A DNA stretch of 64,000 nt from Nymphaea colorata (taxonomy: Eukaryota), in the NCBI RefSeq assembly GCF_008831285.2, contig NC_045138.2:24986001-25050000 (forward strand). Reading direction: 5' to 3'. Below, piece by piece: positions 41,664 to 54,952 of the stretch. The number at the start of each line of letters is the position of its first letter. Position 1 is the first letter of the stretch. Both the position numbers and the translations under genes were made by a program. The notes below the pieces were generated by a model. It made no database searches. It was given only the letters and a program-made list of their open reading frames with translations, and was not told the DNA's origin.

Positions 41664-42035
41664 TCAACGGTTGCTGCCCAACAATTCCAAGACCAAGTCA
41701 TCGGCAATCACGGTACCCGCCGGCGTCGAGCTTGCCGGACAAACGAGGCCGGTTTGCATTCCAACGATCTTCTTTCTCCGCAGACATCGGGGCCCGAAAA
41801 GTCGAGGGGAAGGGAAGCAGGGGAAGTCGTTGACGGCGTGCTGTTGGATCGGAACGGAGACGCTAGGCGAAGACGGAATGAGGTTCGAATCTGGTCTGTT
41901 GGAGAGAGGGTGGCGGCGGAAACGGGCGCTAATTCTGGAATCCCTGATCTGAGCGAGGGCGCCAGGCTTCAGGTATCTATGGAGCCTCTCCTCTAACTTG
42001 CATTGAGAGGACGAAGATCTCAGCCTGCCATTCAT
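41664..42035 (-). CDS. Small uncharacterised plant protein (123 aa) with RYLKPGALAQIRDSRI and GPRCLRRKK motifs
   Basis: Single GC-rich ORF preceded by a CT-rich leader. I recall the YLKPGALAxxRDSRI ... PCF...GPRCxxRKK pattern from unannotated plant proteins; the function is unknown. Confidence 0.8.
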   Translation of the reverse strand: MNGRLRSSSSQCKLEERLHRYLKPGALAQIRDSRISARFRRHPLSNRPDSNLIPSSPSVSVPIQQHAVNDFPCFPSPRLFGPRCLRRKKIVGMQTGLVCPASSTPAGTVIADDLVLELLGSNR

Positions 42036-43312
42036 GATGGTAGTGTTTGTTGGGAGGGAGAGAGGGGAAGATGCAGATGGTGGAATTGAGAGAGAGAGAG
42101 GTAGAGGGCGGGAGAGATCTGGAAGGCTTTAAGGACATCAGCAATGGCGGGAAACCGAGCCACGAAATGGAGGGAACAGTCTTTTCTTGGCTGCTCGCGC
42201 CTCAGGTTTATTTATTTGCCTTTTCCATTGACGGATACCCAAGCATGCCGCTTTTGGGGAGAGGGAGATACTTGACAACTTGGTAATTTTTTTCCCATAC
42301 ACCTTTGACTTGTATGATTCTTTCCAATTAAGAAATTGAACTTATGAATCATATTTAATACAGCTTACCATTTTTCATAATTTTTGTGAACTTTTTTGTT
42401 GGTGTGTTGGATTCCCCACTTGTTGGTGAATTGGATTTTTCACTTGCAAATATTCACACTAGACTTTCATATTCGAATACACGAGGAAAAGTGTATATCA
42501 TAACTGAATTTGATTTTCAAGTTTGCAATCCAAATTCGAATCTGAATTTTCCTTTTAAATATATAACTGGATTCAAACCACATTATTATATGTTAAGAGC
42601 CGACTCTCAAAGACCAAATCTAATCAGATTCTTATTTAAAAGAAAATCTGATCAGACACAATGCCTTAAATCTGAGTCCCATCCATTTTCTTGATGTTCC
42701 TATATCAAATTTCTTTTTTTTTTAAATAGTTGTTTTTAAATAACTATACCCATTACGTCCATGCAGTCTGATCCAGAAAATAGTGCCTAAGTTCATGCTT
42801 TAATGTATTGCAGTAATGTATCATTATTATATAATATATACATATATAAAAAAATCTGATAGATATAGACACACATTATTGTCCCTTCTTAAACCAAAAT
42901 GAATAAAAATTAAATTTACAAGCAAACCCACCTTTTACATCACGTCACCGTTAGTATCAAGCCGACCTAATCTGATAGAAGTCGGTCTCTAAAAAAATGC
43001 AGCTTATGCCCCACAGCCTGGGCTTCGCTCAACTATTCGCAACTCAAGCCCAAGCCCAGCTTGATCCAATTATAATAAAATACATAAAAAATAATATAAC
43101 AATTAAATATATTTAATTATAATTAAAAATATATATAATATTATAAATAAGTTAACGGGCCAAGTCAAACCGATTTGAGCCAGCTCGACATGCAATTCAA
43201 AGGCCTGCATCCAAACCCGAGTTAGGCCAGGTTTCAGATATCAGAACCAATACCCACCCTTATTCATTACTTCTACGTCACACGTCACCCACATTCATCC
43301 CTAAGCTGAAAG

Positions 43313-44067
43313 CTATGTCACCTGAGTGCGGGGTGCGGGTGCTGGTGCGGTACATCTCAAAAAATTTAGGTGCGGCGGTGCGGTGAGAGTATTTTATTAT
43401 TTTTATTAAAATAATAAAATGCCTTATTCGACTACGTATTGGATCATTCATTTCAAGAAATTATAAGCGACAAGAGAGATTGCTACTTACCTCGAATGGA
43501 GGTCACCCTGCAGGGCAGGCTGCAATCGACGATTTCGCCTGCTCCACTGACCACCAAATGCGACGTATAGAAGACGGATTCAGAAGAAAAAGGGACGAAG
43601 AGGATGAAGGTTGAGGAAGATGGATTTAGAAGAAGAAGGGACGAAGAGGATGAAGGTCGAGGAAGAGGGATTCCGAAAAAGAAGGGATGAAGAGGGATGA
43701 AGGTTGAGGAAGAGGGATTCAGAAGAAGAAGGGACGAAGACGTCGAAGAGGGATGAAGCCTCAAGGTCCAGGAAGAGGGAAGAAGAAGAAGAAGGGAGGA
43801 AAAGGGAAGGTCGAAGAAGAGGAAAAATCGGAAAGGTCGAGTTAAAAACTTAAAAATAAAAAAAAACATAAAGTTAGACCAAATTAGACTTTCTCGCCTT
43901 TGACTGCACCCGACTCGGGTCAAACGCGAGTCGAGTGCGAGTCTGAAAAAGACGATTTTAGTCAGGTGCGGCTGACCGCACCCGACTCTTGTTTGACCCA
44001 TTTGGTGCGCACCCGCACCGCGTCGACGCGGGTGCGAGACCAAAAAAAACGCACCCAGGTGACACAG
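43313..44067. mobile_element. Non-autonomous hAT-type DNA transposon (755 bp)
   Basis: 18-bp TIRs CTATGTCACCTGAGTGCG / CGCACCCAGGTGACACAG (2 mismatches), perfect 8-bp TSD GCTGAAAG (43305-43312, 44068-44075), subterminal GGTGCG/CGCACC repeats and internal GAAG-rich tandem repeats. No transposase ORF. Confidence 0.92.
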
Positions 44068-44809
44068 GCTGAAAGTTAGCCTTCCAGCATCCATAAATTA
44101 TCTCATCTTCACAACATCTTGAACGCAACGCAAGAATTAAAGCATGATCCAATTTAATACTAACGCCAGTCTTATAAAAAATGTATATTTAGTGCTAATA
44201 TTGAAACCTATAGCAAATCTTAGAAACATTTGACAACTAATAGGGCATTATTAAATTTAAATATCGTTACTGTTTTCGTTTAAGAAATCTGTCAAACGCT
44301 TTTTTATAACGAGAGTGAGTCCCTTTCACCAACCCTTACAAAGACAACATTATATAGCTCAAGCAACAGAATGGCAAGTACACGACTTGATCCAAAGTCA
44401 CCCTTCCCAATGTTGTTTAACCCTGTTTAATGTTTGATTTGGAACTGATGAATAATTCCAAAACATCGATAACGTAGGACTAGTTTGAAATACATATTTC
44501 TGAACCAGTCTTGCAAATATAAAACAAATGGTAGCTGCACATCTACACTAAATGATACACAGCATCTGGCTTACAATGAGTAGTAGTAAGCAAAAAAATT
44601 GTTCCCTCATGGGTATCACTATGTTAGAAAATACTCTTATTGGCTCTGAATTTTGAAAAGGTTGCACAGAAGTCTTCACAGAGCCTCCATCTCCTCTTGC
44701 AATGAAACAAGAACAAAGCTAGAACCACAAACAGAATTTGTAGCCAGCCACCTATAGGACAGACAGTCGGTCCGTGCCCGTGATTGCTGCTACGTATCCA
44801 CTAAGCCCT

Positions 44810-46483
44810 TCAATGAACTGGCAGATTTCTGACGGGATTGTAAACACTATATTCTCCAAATTCACGCCGCCCCCTGGAAGATACACCATTACGTTTCATA
44901 TCCTTTTTGCACAAGAAAAGATACGGTAATAAGACAGCAAATTGGATATAACCTTGGATGAAAATAATAATAACAAAATTTAAGGCCAAACAGTACCGGT
45001 GCTTTACATCCCAACCAGCTGGTAAGAAACGAGGATGAATGGCATCAACAAAGACTTGGCGCCACCTTTGACAAAACTCGCAAATACCATCTTCCCCTTC
45101 AACACTCATTATAGCTTCCACAACTCTCCTACCGTGGTGCCCATGTCCTAGCAAGGATAACTTTCGATCATGTTTTGAACTTCGAGTAGCGCCAGCTGAA
45201 GATTCCACAATATTAAGCTGACGTTGGCTAACATCAGGTCTTTCAAGCTCATTAGCGCCCAAAACACTTTCATCCCTCATAGGCATTTCATCCGAACATT
45301 GTGTTCTACCATCACCATCAATGTAAGTGCTATTGAGGATAGAAAAACTGTTCGCATGGATACTCCTATTTTTCGGTAGATTCCCATTAACTGATTCATC
45401 AAGATGTAAGCCATTTGAGGCATTACTTTCAATGATTATCTTTTCTTCAGCTGTTGAAGTTTCAGCAGCAATTTCATCACATGTTGTAGTAGAAGTGGTT
45501 GTAGCAGTTTTCTGAAACATCCCTCTTTTTTTCTTTAATCTTCTTTTTTCTTGAGGACTCATGCCGACAAGAAGAGCTGCTTCCAGATCTCTCTCTGAAA
45601 TTTCCCTTCCACCAAAATACTCTTTAACAACCTAAATAAATGAACAGATGCAATCAATTCATAGCTTTTAAGTACCACATTTCATAGAAGATACATATAC
45701 AATTTACAAATTTGTTTTTCTGTCCAGTCAAAAAGATTAAACATAAGGCAAGCAAGAAAAACATAGATCACCAGACGCATGAAAAAAAGAGATTCAAATG
45801 GCACAATGACACAATCCTTCAGAGAGTATTTTAATACATGGATGGCAAACTCAGCAAGTCAGCTTATGATACACCAGACTTGACTAAGATCAGGACCAAA
45901 CCTGAATAAAAAACTATGATTCACTAGCTGGACCAAATTTAACCAAGGTCTAGTTCACAGAGTTCTGTCATTGACACAATCAAGTTGATCAAATTGTGCT
46001 GATTAGATAATTTTAACTTTTTTTTATTTACATTCATATCATGTATATATGATCAATATATATGTTACATGATATATATAATATATCACTGCCAAAAAGT
46101 ACTTGTTGATTTTTTTAATTAAAATGATATGTTTATAATTTTTTAACAGATAAAATAGAAAACCATGACTAGCCTGAGTTGTCAGGTTGATTCACCCAAA
46201 CCGCTGAATCAATCATTAATCCAATACGAATCTTGACATTGCCAGCCATAATTTAACAAATAAAAACATGACCATTAGCCTCCGTAAGGAGGGAAAAAAA
46301 GTCTATTAGATTCTTATTTGAGATATATTTGTGCATTTTAAATCAGTTGATCCACTTCCCAGGGCATTTAGTTTCTCATGCAGTCTCCCAGGCATACTGA
46401 CACCTAGCCACCCCATTTATCACCCAATCACTCCATTTACCGTGCATATGATACTCGCATCATAAGAAACGTGGCATCACTAA

Positions 46484-46529
<46 letters not shown>

Positions 46530-49500
46530 GTTTATCAGAAATAGATGAATGGTGGGATCTCTCTCCCTTTATTTTTTAATATTTTCCTTTTCTTTTTTCC
46601 TTTTTGAATGATTAGGCATAAATTGACATGGGTCCATTTGGACACTATTTTCTTTCTCTCTCCTCCTCTCTCCTACACGTATACATATATGTATAATTGC
46701 TTTATTTGTTTATATAGTCATACTTCTGCGGAGGTTCAATCATACACACCACATGAAAAATGGGATACCAGATGGCTGCGGCCTTTTCAAGCCAACCATA
46801 ACAAATTGTTTCACATAGCTATCTAAGCGTCAGCTCTTATGATGTTCAATCCCAAGCTATCATATTTTTATTGAAAGGATAAAGCTTTTGATTGCTAGCA
46901 AATGGACATGTTCAACCGGCCTATGACATCAAACTCATAAAGGAGTGAGAAATGCCCAATCTGAATATATTATGCATGCGTTGTGGACATACTCATATAA
47001 ACACATAGACAAAACATGCACACATATACGAATGCATGTGTATATGAATATTCAAATAAACAGCAGCCTGATAAGAGTTAAAATTCTTACAGATGTTAAT
47101 TCCTCACGCCTTTCTGATGGCATCATTGACCCATGTCGTAAAAGAGCCATGGCTGCTGTTCGCAACTGTAAAGGAGAAACACCCCCTCCTTTACTCTTCC
47201 ATTCATCTTGAGCTTTTTCTAGTTTACTTCGTTCATCTCCTGAATCTTGGATCTTCTGTACAAACAAAGGAATTCCAAATTCTACTGCAATTTGCTTTTT
47301 ATACTTTTCTGCAGCAGCATGAGCAACTTCATGACAATCCACACAAAGTAGAACAATATCATGTGAACGGTGACTCTTTAGATGTTCAGGAAAGTGCAAA
47401 CGGTAGCATGATGGTATTATTCTGTAACGCAAATAATGACTCTTTTCACCACAACCCACACACATATTTTTCTTGCTCTGAATGTAAAATGTATTATCTT
47501 CATCTTCAGGACGACCTTTTGGTTCAAAAAGGAGCATTATTGCTGGAGGATCATCTTCAACAAGCTTCGCTAGATCTCTATCTAGATACCTGGAGGAATA
47601 TACCAAAAGATTTGCAGTAAAAGTTAGAATACTAGCAAATGAACTATGAAAAAGCAAAGTAAAATTCAGTTACCATTCAAGCTTCTTTTTATCACAGTAA
47701 CAAAGTAGCCGGCCATCGCTTGCATAAATTCTACAGTTGTGATAAACTGGGGCCTTGCAAGAGAACTTCTGGACACATAGTTCACGTAAAGCCTTCCGTC
47801 TTTCTTCTTTAAGCTTCCCCCCATTTTGTTGGCAAAGTGGCTTGTTTGCTAGTTTTAAATATAAGTTTTCTTGCAGAGAATTTTCATAAGCCATTACAAG
47901 AGAATTTTGACTAGCCCAGGAATACTGTTTGACTATTGCTTGGAAAACATTATCTAAGCCATTGATGTCTTCTTGAAGAAGACAACTCACATCTTTCACA
48001 TGTCGGAAGAGAATAGGTGATGGAGAAGGGAAGGAAGCACATGTATCAAAAGCATCTATCTTAGAATCAGCTTGAACTACCGTATGATATACATCTTCTT
48101 CTGTTTTTGGAACTTTAGTTGCAAGAGCCCATATTGATTGGTCAGACAAGACACATCTTAAGCTCTCATCATGTGTGCGAGCCTGCAAAGTTACAAAACA
48201 TATTAGTATCCGTTCTTAAGCAAATGAAAAAAGTTCCATTGTAGGACATCATGAAGAAAATGGCTTCTCTACTCAAATGACTCCCAAAGTAGTCTAAATA
48301 GATATTATTGAATCAGTTTTAGAAAGTAAAGGTTGTTTAGTCAAAGACAATTGGACAAGGTTTCTTCATGTTCAATAAACTACCTTTTCTAGTGATCACA
48401 GGTGAAAAATTGATTCATCAACACAAATTACAGAAATTCATTGCTATCAAAGTGATTTGATTAACTAGAAAGAAATGATTAATCATGGTGTTATTTGGAA
48501 ACGTTTTATGGTAACATTGCTAAACAATGTTGCAGCAGGAAAAAATATCTAATCCTGAAAGGACACTCTCCAAACTTACCAAGAGACTCGAAAACAATTT
48601 ATGTAGTTTCTGAAGGTGTTCTCCTAAGTTGGTATTATAAGAAAGAGTAACATAATGAGGTAGACTTCAAAATCTAAACGACAAATGAATATTTAGAAAA
48701 GGTATGTAATATTTCTGGTTGAGGAATCAGCCCAGAAGGCTGTACTATCATCTATCTTCATTTAGGTTACTTGATCGTGTATCAATTACAATTTTGAGAT
48801 TAACATTAAAGCTTTTTGTTACAAAGATTCAAATTTTGAAATCTCTTCAAATGCCACTTTCCACTTTTCTAAATGATGGTTTGATGGTATGTTAGCTAGC
48901 TACAACCATTTTTTTGTAATAAATATGACCAAGCAGGAATATGGCTGGTCAATTAGGACTTGACAAGAATTAACTGTCTGAACCCAATCCCAACCAAGGT
49001 CAGCCTCCACTCTCAGCAAGACTGAGGCTGGCATTGTTCCGTGGGCCAAAAACCTAGCCTGACTGATGTCCACCCTCATCATTGCCAACAAGACGGGCAA
49101 AGCTAAGACATGCATAGTCAAAAAGCAATTGGAAAATGTGGAAAAAAAAGAGAAGAAAAAAAAAGAACAAACTAAAGTGTATTTTCCCAGAGACTATAAG
49201 TGCAAAATAAAAAATTGCAGGAGTAGGACGCAAAGACAAACCATTAAATCTCTCCATCTGCAAAGCTGTCTCACAAGTTTCTGACAAATTCCCATATGTA
49301 ACCAAAAAAAGAAAAAGAAACAGATACAAATATGTTAGAAAATTCATACAGCTAATACATTTAACATCTAAAGGAAAGATCTGGAAGCAGACCACCTCGA
49401 CATTATGATTTTTCCTTGGGACATCTTGACCGTCACCCGGAAAACGCCATAAAATAGAAGCAGCTGCAGAATCTCCTGGAGAAGCTTCAAGTTCTTTTTC

Positions 49501-52500
49501 ATACAGTTGTAAAGTGACCATGTTTGAACGACGAATGGCATCCTCAAGATAGCTACATTTATTGACTACAGCATAAAAACATGACATTCTTAATTGCCAG
49601 AAGTAGAATTCATAGAACGCAAACAATACAAACTCCAAATAGACTTAGATCAAAATTTCAAGCTACCATGACACCACCTAATGAAGTTGAATAAGAAAAA
49701 TGACATTTCTCATTGTAAACATGGTAACCTCCAGTGTTCTCCCCATTTTCACGAGAAAAAAGTGCAATAGATTGCATTTGAAAATCTCGCATGTACATGG
49801 ATCTTCAGTTGCATTTTCCAATGAAATATTGTCCAAATTGATAAAAATAGTGACAAGCATAACATGCACGTGTGCCTACATATGTCTATCTAAATACCAA
49901 CCTACACAATAATATAGTAACCAACATCATTTGCCACAAGTAGCCATCTTTCTCTATTAGTTAGCTGTGTTGTTTCTAGTCAGGAGCCACAAAAATCAAT
50001 GTTTTTAATTTGCTCTCAAACACCTTTAATTAATGAGAGACATCATAATAATTAATGAGACACTTATAACGAAAGAAATTTGAACAACATCTGCAGCAAA
50101 AAAAAGTATGAGGATGATATAAAAGCATATAACCTCCCCCCCTCCCTTTCCGAACCACCACCCAAGATTTTGAAAACATAAAATTTACTCCTTAAGTTTT
50201 TTCAAAAATTTAATTTGGCCCCAGTATAAATTTTGAAAATTGTATAATGATCCTCCTTTTAAAACAAATTCTTGCTCCACCACGGATCATGCCTAAGGTC
50301 ATTCCCGCAATGGTTACAACAAGAAAAACTCCATAATGGAAAGGAATTATAGGAGCTTTCACTCAAGCAAGCATTACAGTGCTGTACTCCGCGAGATGCA
50401 TGATGAAGTTTGAGCCTATGACTGGTGAGAAACTGGCCAAGATTCAACTGTGAACCTTTGGATAGTAATAGCATCCTGCTCATGAATTCAGTTTGCATAC
50501 ACCACAAACTCCCAAGTCCCACCATATTAATATCAAACTAATATTTTTCCTCATAAATATAAAAAAATTCAAAATGATCTTAACTAAGTCATCTGAAGTA
50601 CATACCGGTAGATTTTTGTCTAAGCTCTTTAATGAGACACTCCGCAATGTACAGGAGATAATGTGCATCATCACAAGCATACTGCACCATCTCTTCTGGC
50701 AGTGGACGCAAACGCCAATCTGCACGCTGCAAAAAGTGAAACGACTCTATTACAACTTACAGATAATTAGATATTGGCATACCAGGAGACATAAACAAAT
50801 AGTTTATCACCAACTCATGAAAAAGTTGAAAGCAATAACTCATTTCAATGGCAATAGAAAGTCATTTTTTTTTAGAAAAAAAAGCCATCAGCCAACAACA
50901 TATATATAGGAAATTAATACCTCTGAAAACCTCCAAAAGAAGCAAATACCACATACATGCACATGTTCATGTGCACAGGTAGAAATACAAAATAAAAAAA
51001 GTTACAAACACACGACAACAGAACTTGCTAAATATATAAATGCTAGCACCAAACAGTGAAAACTCAATAATAATAGTCACGTACATTTACCATGCATCAT
51101 CATTCAGGAATGCTGTAGCAAAATGAAAGTTTTCATACTTCAAGCAATGCCAAACCTGCAAAGCTTTATTAGCAGTTACTCCGCAATATGTTTCAAGTAG
51201 ATATGCCAAAGATTTTTGTGGTTTAGATAGTACTTCACATGCCTGCATTGCATTACGAAATTTTTTATTAGTTACAAAAATATGCGGCAAATCAATGAAG
51301 CACCAAATCATCACTAAAGGAACCATATTTTTGTAGACTTGAGGATATATGCCAGAGAAGTGACACAAAGGCAACTGTAAAGAAAAAACTGATTTTAGCA
51401 AATGGGATTCAATCTCCAAGTAAGTTATATTGCAGTACATTCTTGCTAAAAAAAATAGGAGACTAGATGACATACAACTTTCCTTTTTCTTTTTCTCTTT
51501 TGACGGGTAGTTGAGGGCCTTAGGATGTAAAAGATGTGGGTATGGGTCTAAAGTTCAAAATGTTAGTTTGGTTGTATTCAATGAAATTCTTCCTTTGGTT
51601 GTACTCAGCCCCATTTGGATCCAATTTATTTATCTGACACTCCCACCATTTACATCTATGGTCAGGAAGACCCCCTAACTTTTACACCAAGAGACATCCC
51701 TGAGATATCTAACTAAGACCTTTTAGTCCTGCAAAATATAAAAGCAACAGAAATTATCAAAGTATTTAAAGCAATATGAATCATGAACCACAAGGAAAAC
51801 AAAAAAACTTCATCTTATCTTTAGCATTGAAGAAACCCAAGTGTGTTATTTACCTGAATAAGACATAAAATTGTTCAATAAGATTGTTTCTAGTTACACA
51901 TGAAAGGAAGAATACGGAAAAGTAGGTGTGTACGTATCAAAAAATCAGTTAGACCAATATGGATTTTGTCAGATGTTACTCCTGTATAAATCACTGAGAC
52001 TTACCTTCTTTGTGTCAAATAAGTTCACAACATAAAGATGGAAGTCCCGTTGAAGCCAAAGAACATCGTTATCTGCTCCATGAAACACCTACACAAGAAA
52101 TAGTTCTATTGATATTTTATATTTTCAAATACCTCGGATTGAACACAACAGTTCAAAAAGCTAGAACTTTGATCTCAGTATTGTGGATATATATTTGCAA
52201 GTCATAATATAAAAAGACTAAAAAGTTCATTTGCTTTCACCATAGATCATTTAGCTACTGCACAGAACGGAGGTGTTACTGTTACCATGGGTCTACCATG
52301 AAAGCCAGCCCGTGTTGTGTCAGTTTCAGCTGCACAATCCCAACTAAAGGTGCAATCTTATACATGGTCACGGCCTTGGGTGCGTTGATCATACCTGATA
52401 CAGTCAAAGAAGTGATTGGGCCGTGCCTAGACATGCATCTGTACCAGTACCCAAGAATGACCACAAAAAGGTCATTGTCAATATAAGGAGCATGTAATCC

Positions 52501-54952
52501 TTAGTGGATCACTTGGTATTCTATCACCATTATCCACCACAAAAGTAACTGTGTACACAAAATGTCATGCATTCCCCTCCATACTAAAATTAAATGCGCT
52601 CCCCAGAACCTCTCTCAATTGTCCACAAATAACAGAACAAAAAGTAATTTTATATTAGGAGCATTGTCACAAATATCATTCTCAGGTTTTTAACAGCAAG
52701 GTTTTTCTCAGGTAGTTTTTCGGCAATGTTGTTTTTGACGGGAAAATGTAAAAAAAAAAAAACAAAAGTTAGGAAAAAACAAAATAAATGAGAAACTAAT
52801 AAGAAGACAATAGAATAACTTAAACAAAATGTTAAAAATAATGTTTTAAGGATGATAAAGTAATGTGTGTCACGAGCAAAGTGAACCATAGAGATTTCAT
52901 TGCACAAAGCACTCGCAACTTCAAATTGCTGAACACATAATTCCCTTTAAGCTTAGATATGAGTCCACGACGATATTAATGCAAAAAAAAAAAGAGAAAA
53001 ACTAAAAAAGGGAAAAAATGCAAAAAGTAATGGAAAAAATGTGATAAAAATGCGACAGATTTATTTTCCCTTTTTTTCAGGTTTTGTTGCTTCTCCTATT
53101 TTTCTCATTAACATCATGATATTTTCCAACATATCTCAATATCTGTGACAATGTTTTATAATTCATATCCAGAATTCATGAACACTGGTATACATTCTAT
53201 AGATTATCAAGCAATTAACTCTCTTTCAACTCTTCCTGACAAATAACACAAGACCTTATATCAAAATTTATGCAACACCAACACACATTCTCTAGAATAT
53301 CCTGCAGAGAGAGAGAGAGAGAGAGAGAGAGGCATTTAGCATGAACCAGACAACTGAAGATCAGTTGTCATTTACCTTGCAAATACATGGATTTGAAAAA
53401 GCAGGTCGAAGTATATTCATCACATCATGTAATGCAATTGTGTCCACTAAGTAATCTTTCTTCAAAGTAGAAACCTGACATCCAAAACAAATGTAAAGAA
53501 TGATTAAATCTTGAATAATTGTATCTTGAATAATTGTGGCATTAATAACAACCAAAAGGACTAACATAGACCAAAATATAAAAACACAACCTGCATCAGA
53601 GCTGTAAAGCCAAGAAAAGAGTGTAACCTATGTTGTTCCGTATCTACAGCAAAAATTTCTTCCTCACTCAAAAGTTTTGCGAGAGACTCCAGCTCAGACT
53701 TAGTTTGTACCCATATGTAAGAATCCCATGCATATGCCCCTGAACTTGAGACAACAGTAACTTGTGGAAAGGTGGGCTGCTGCAGCAACGCATTGATCTG
53801 ATCCTCATATGGGTGTAAACTTGAAAAATTTTCTGCCATAAGCAATAACTTGTTACATGCTTAGAAATTGAAAAATCAAAGTCATACACAATGACAGAGA
53901 AAAAAAGTTCATTATTAGTAACACGTTATCTAACCAAGTAAACATGCACACATCTAAACACTACCACACAAATTTCAGATCCAGCATTGACATGACATGG
54001 TTATTAAATGCTAAGAATAAAATGCAATCAACACCATGCCATTACTTTCAATTGTCATCTCTTTTTATCTTGATCCCTCATTCACATGACATGATTCTTA
54101 AACACCAGGAACCGAATTAATTTGACAGTGTGCCATTAGCTTTGGGTTGTCCTTCTTCGGATTTGATCGCTTATTTCACACTCAGTTGCAATTTGAAATG
54201 TTTCATATTTAATAGAATAAAAGTAAATATCAACTTATTTTTGTATTCTAATGGTAATGATGTTCAAGAATATTGTTCCTAATATGATATTAATGATGAG
54301 CTTCTATCATCTTTTCTCCTCATTGAATTACTAACCTTGTATGCTTTTGAACATTTTTACAACATTGAATTCCTCAGAGCACTCTAAGTGAGTTGGGCAT
54401 GCGTTCAAATATGTAATGTAATGTCTCTATTTATGCACAAATTCTAAAAGAGTGATTGCATCCACAAATAGTCTAAGGGAGGAAGTCATCTGAGAAATAA
54501 ATGTCTGCATATCAAAAAAATTGTGAAATATAACCAACAACATAAACAATTAAAATCTGATTAAGGCGTGTTTCACTATCAGAGACCAAAAAAGCGGAAA
54601 TCATTATCACTGTGCAAAAAGGTTATCCAATACAAAGAATCAAATGAAAATATGCATTTCAGACGAAATATAATGTCCAATAGACAACTCAAACAGGGTC
54701 AAAAACGAAAAGGAGATGGATTTAACATTAACCTGATTTGTGTCCCTCCCTCTTGAGATGCTCGAATGGGGAGAATGAGTTATCAGCAAGGACCACCTTG
54801 AATCTGCTTTGTGGCTTCTTGTTAATTTCGAGGCAACACTGCAACCGACGCCTGCCCTTCTTTTTCTGCCCATGGAGGGTTGCGTAGGCATACAACCCCA
54901 AAGCCACAGCAGCGAGGCATGCAACCACATATGTTGTCCTCATCTTCTTCAT
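44810..54952 (-). CDS. RRP6L3: RRP6-like 3: DEDDy 3'-5' exonuclease, HRDC and C-terminal HNH-like/Zn region, with an N-terminal hydrophobic anchor; ~12 exons (first 54733-54952, last 44810-~44873)
   Basis: Exons encode [51 protein letters not shown] (ExoI), [16 protein letters not shown] (ExoII), [26 protein letters not shown] (ExoIII), [22 protein letters not shown] (HRDC), CVGCGE...[15 protein letters not shown] and [24 protein letters not shown]. Confidence 0.94.
46489..46525. repeat. (TA)n microsatellite in RRP6L3 intron
   Basis: Perfect dinucleotide run. Confidence 0.95.
52662..53153. mobile_element. Degenerate MITE in RRP6L3 intron
   Basis: 15-bp TIRs CATTGTCACAAATAT / ATATCTGTGACAATG (1 mismatch) and an A-rich interior. 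No intact TSD is visible. Confidence 0.6.

Noticed and set aside
43483..44094. 203-aa minus-strand ORF
   Set aside because: Low-complexity translation of the CTTC-rich strand of the hAT-like element. No transposase motifs.
48990..49095. Possible intronic C/D box snoRNA in RRP6L3 (ATGATGA ... CTGA on the minus strand, small hairpin)
   Set aside because: No terminal stem and no rRNA/snRNA complementarity that I could recognise. Box motifs this short arise by chance.
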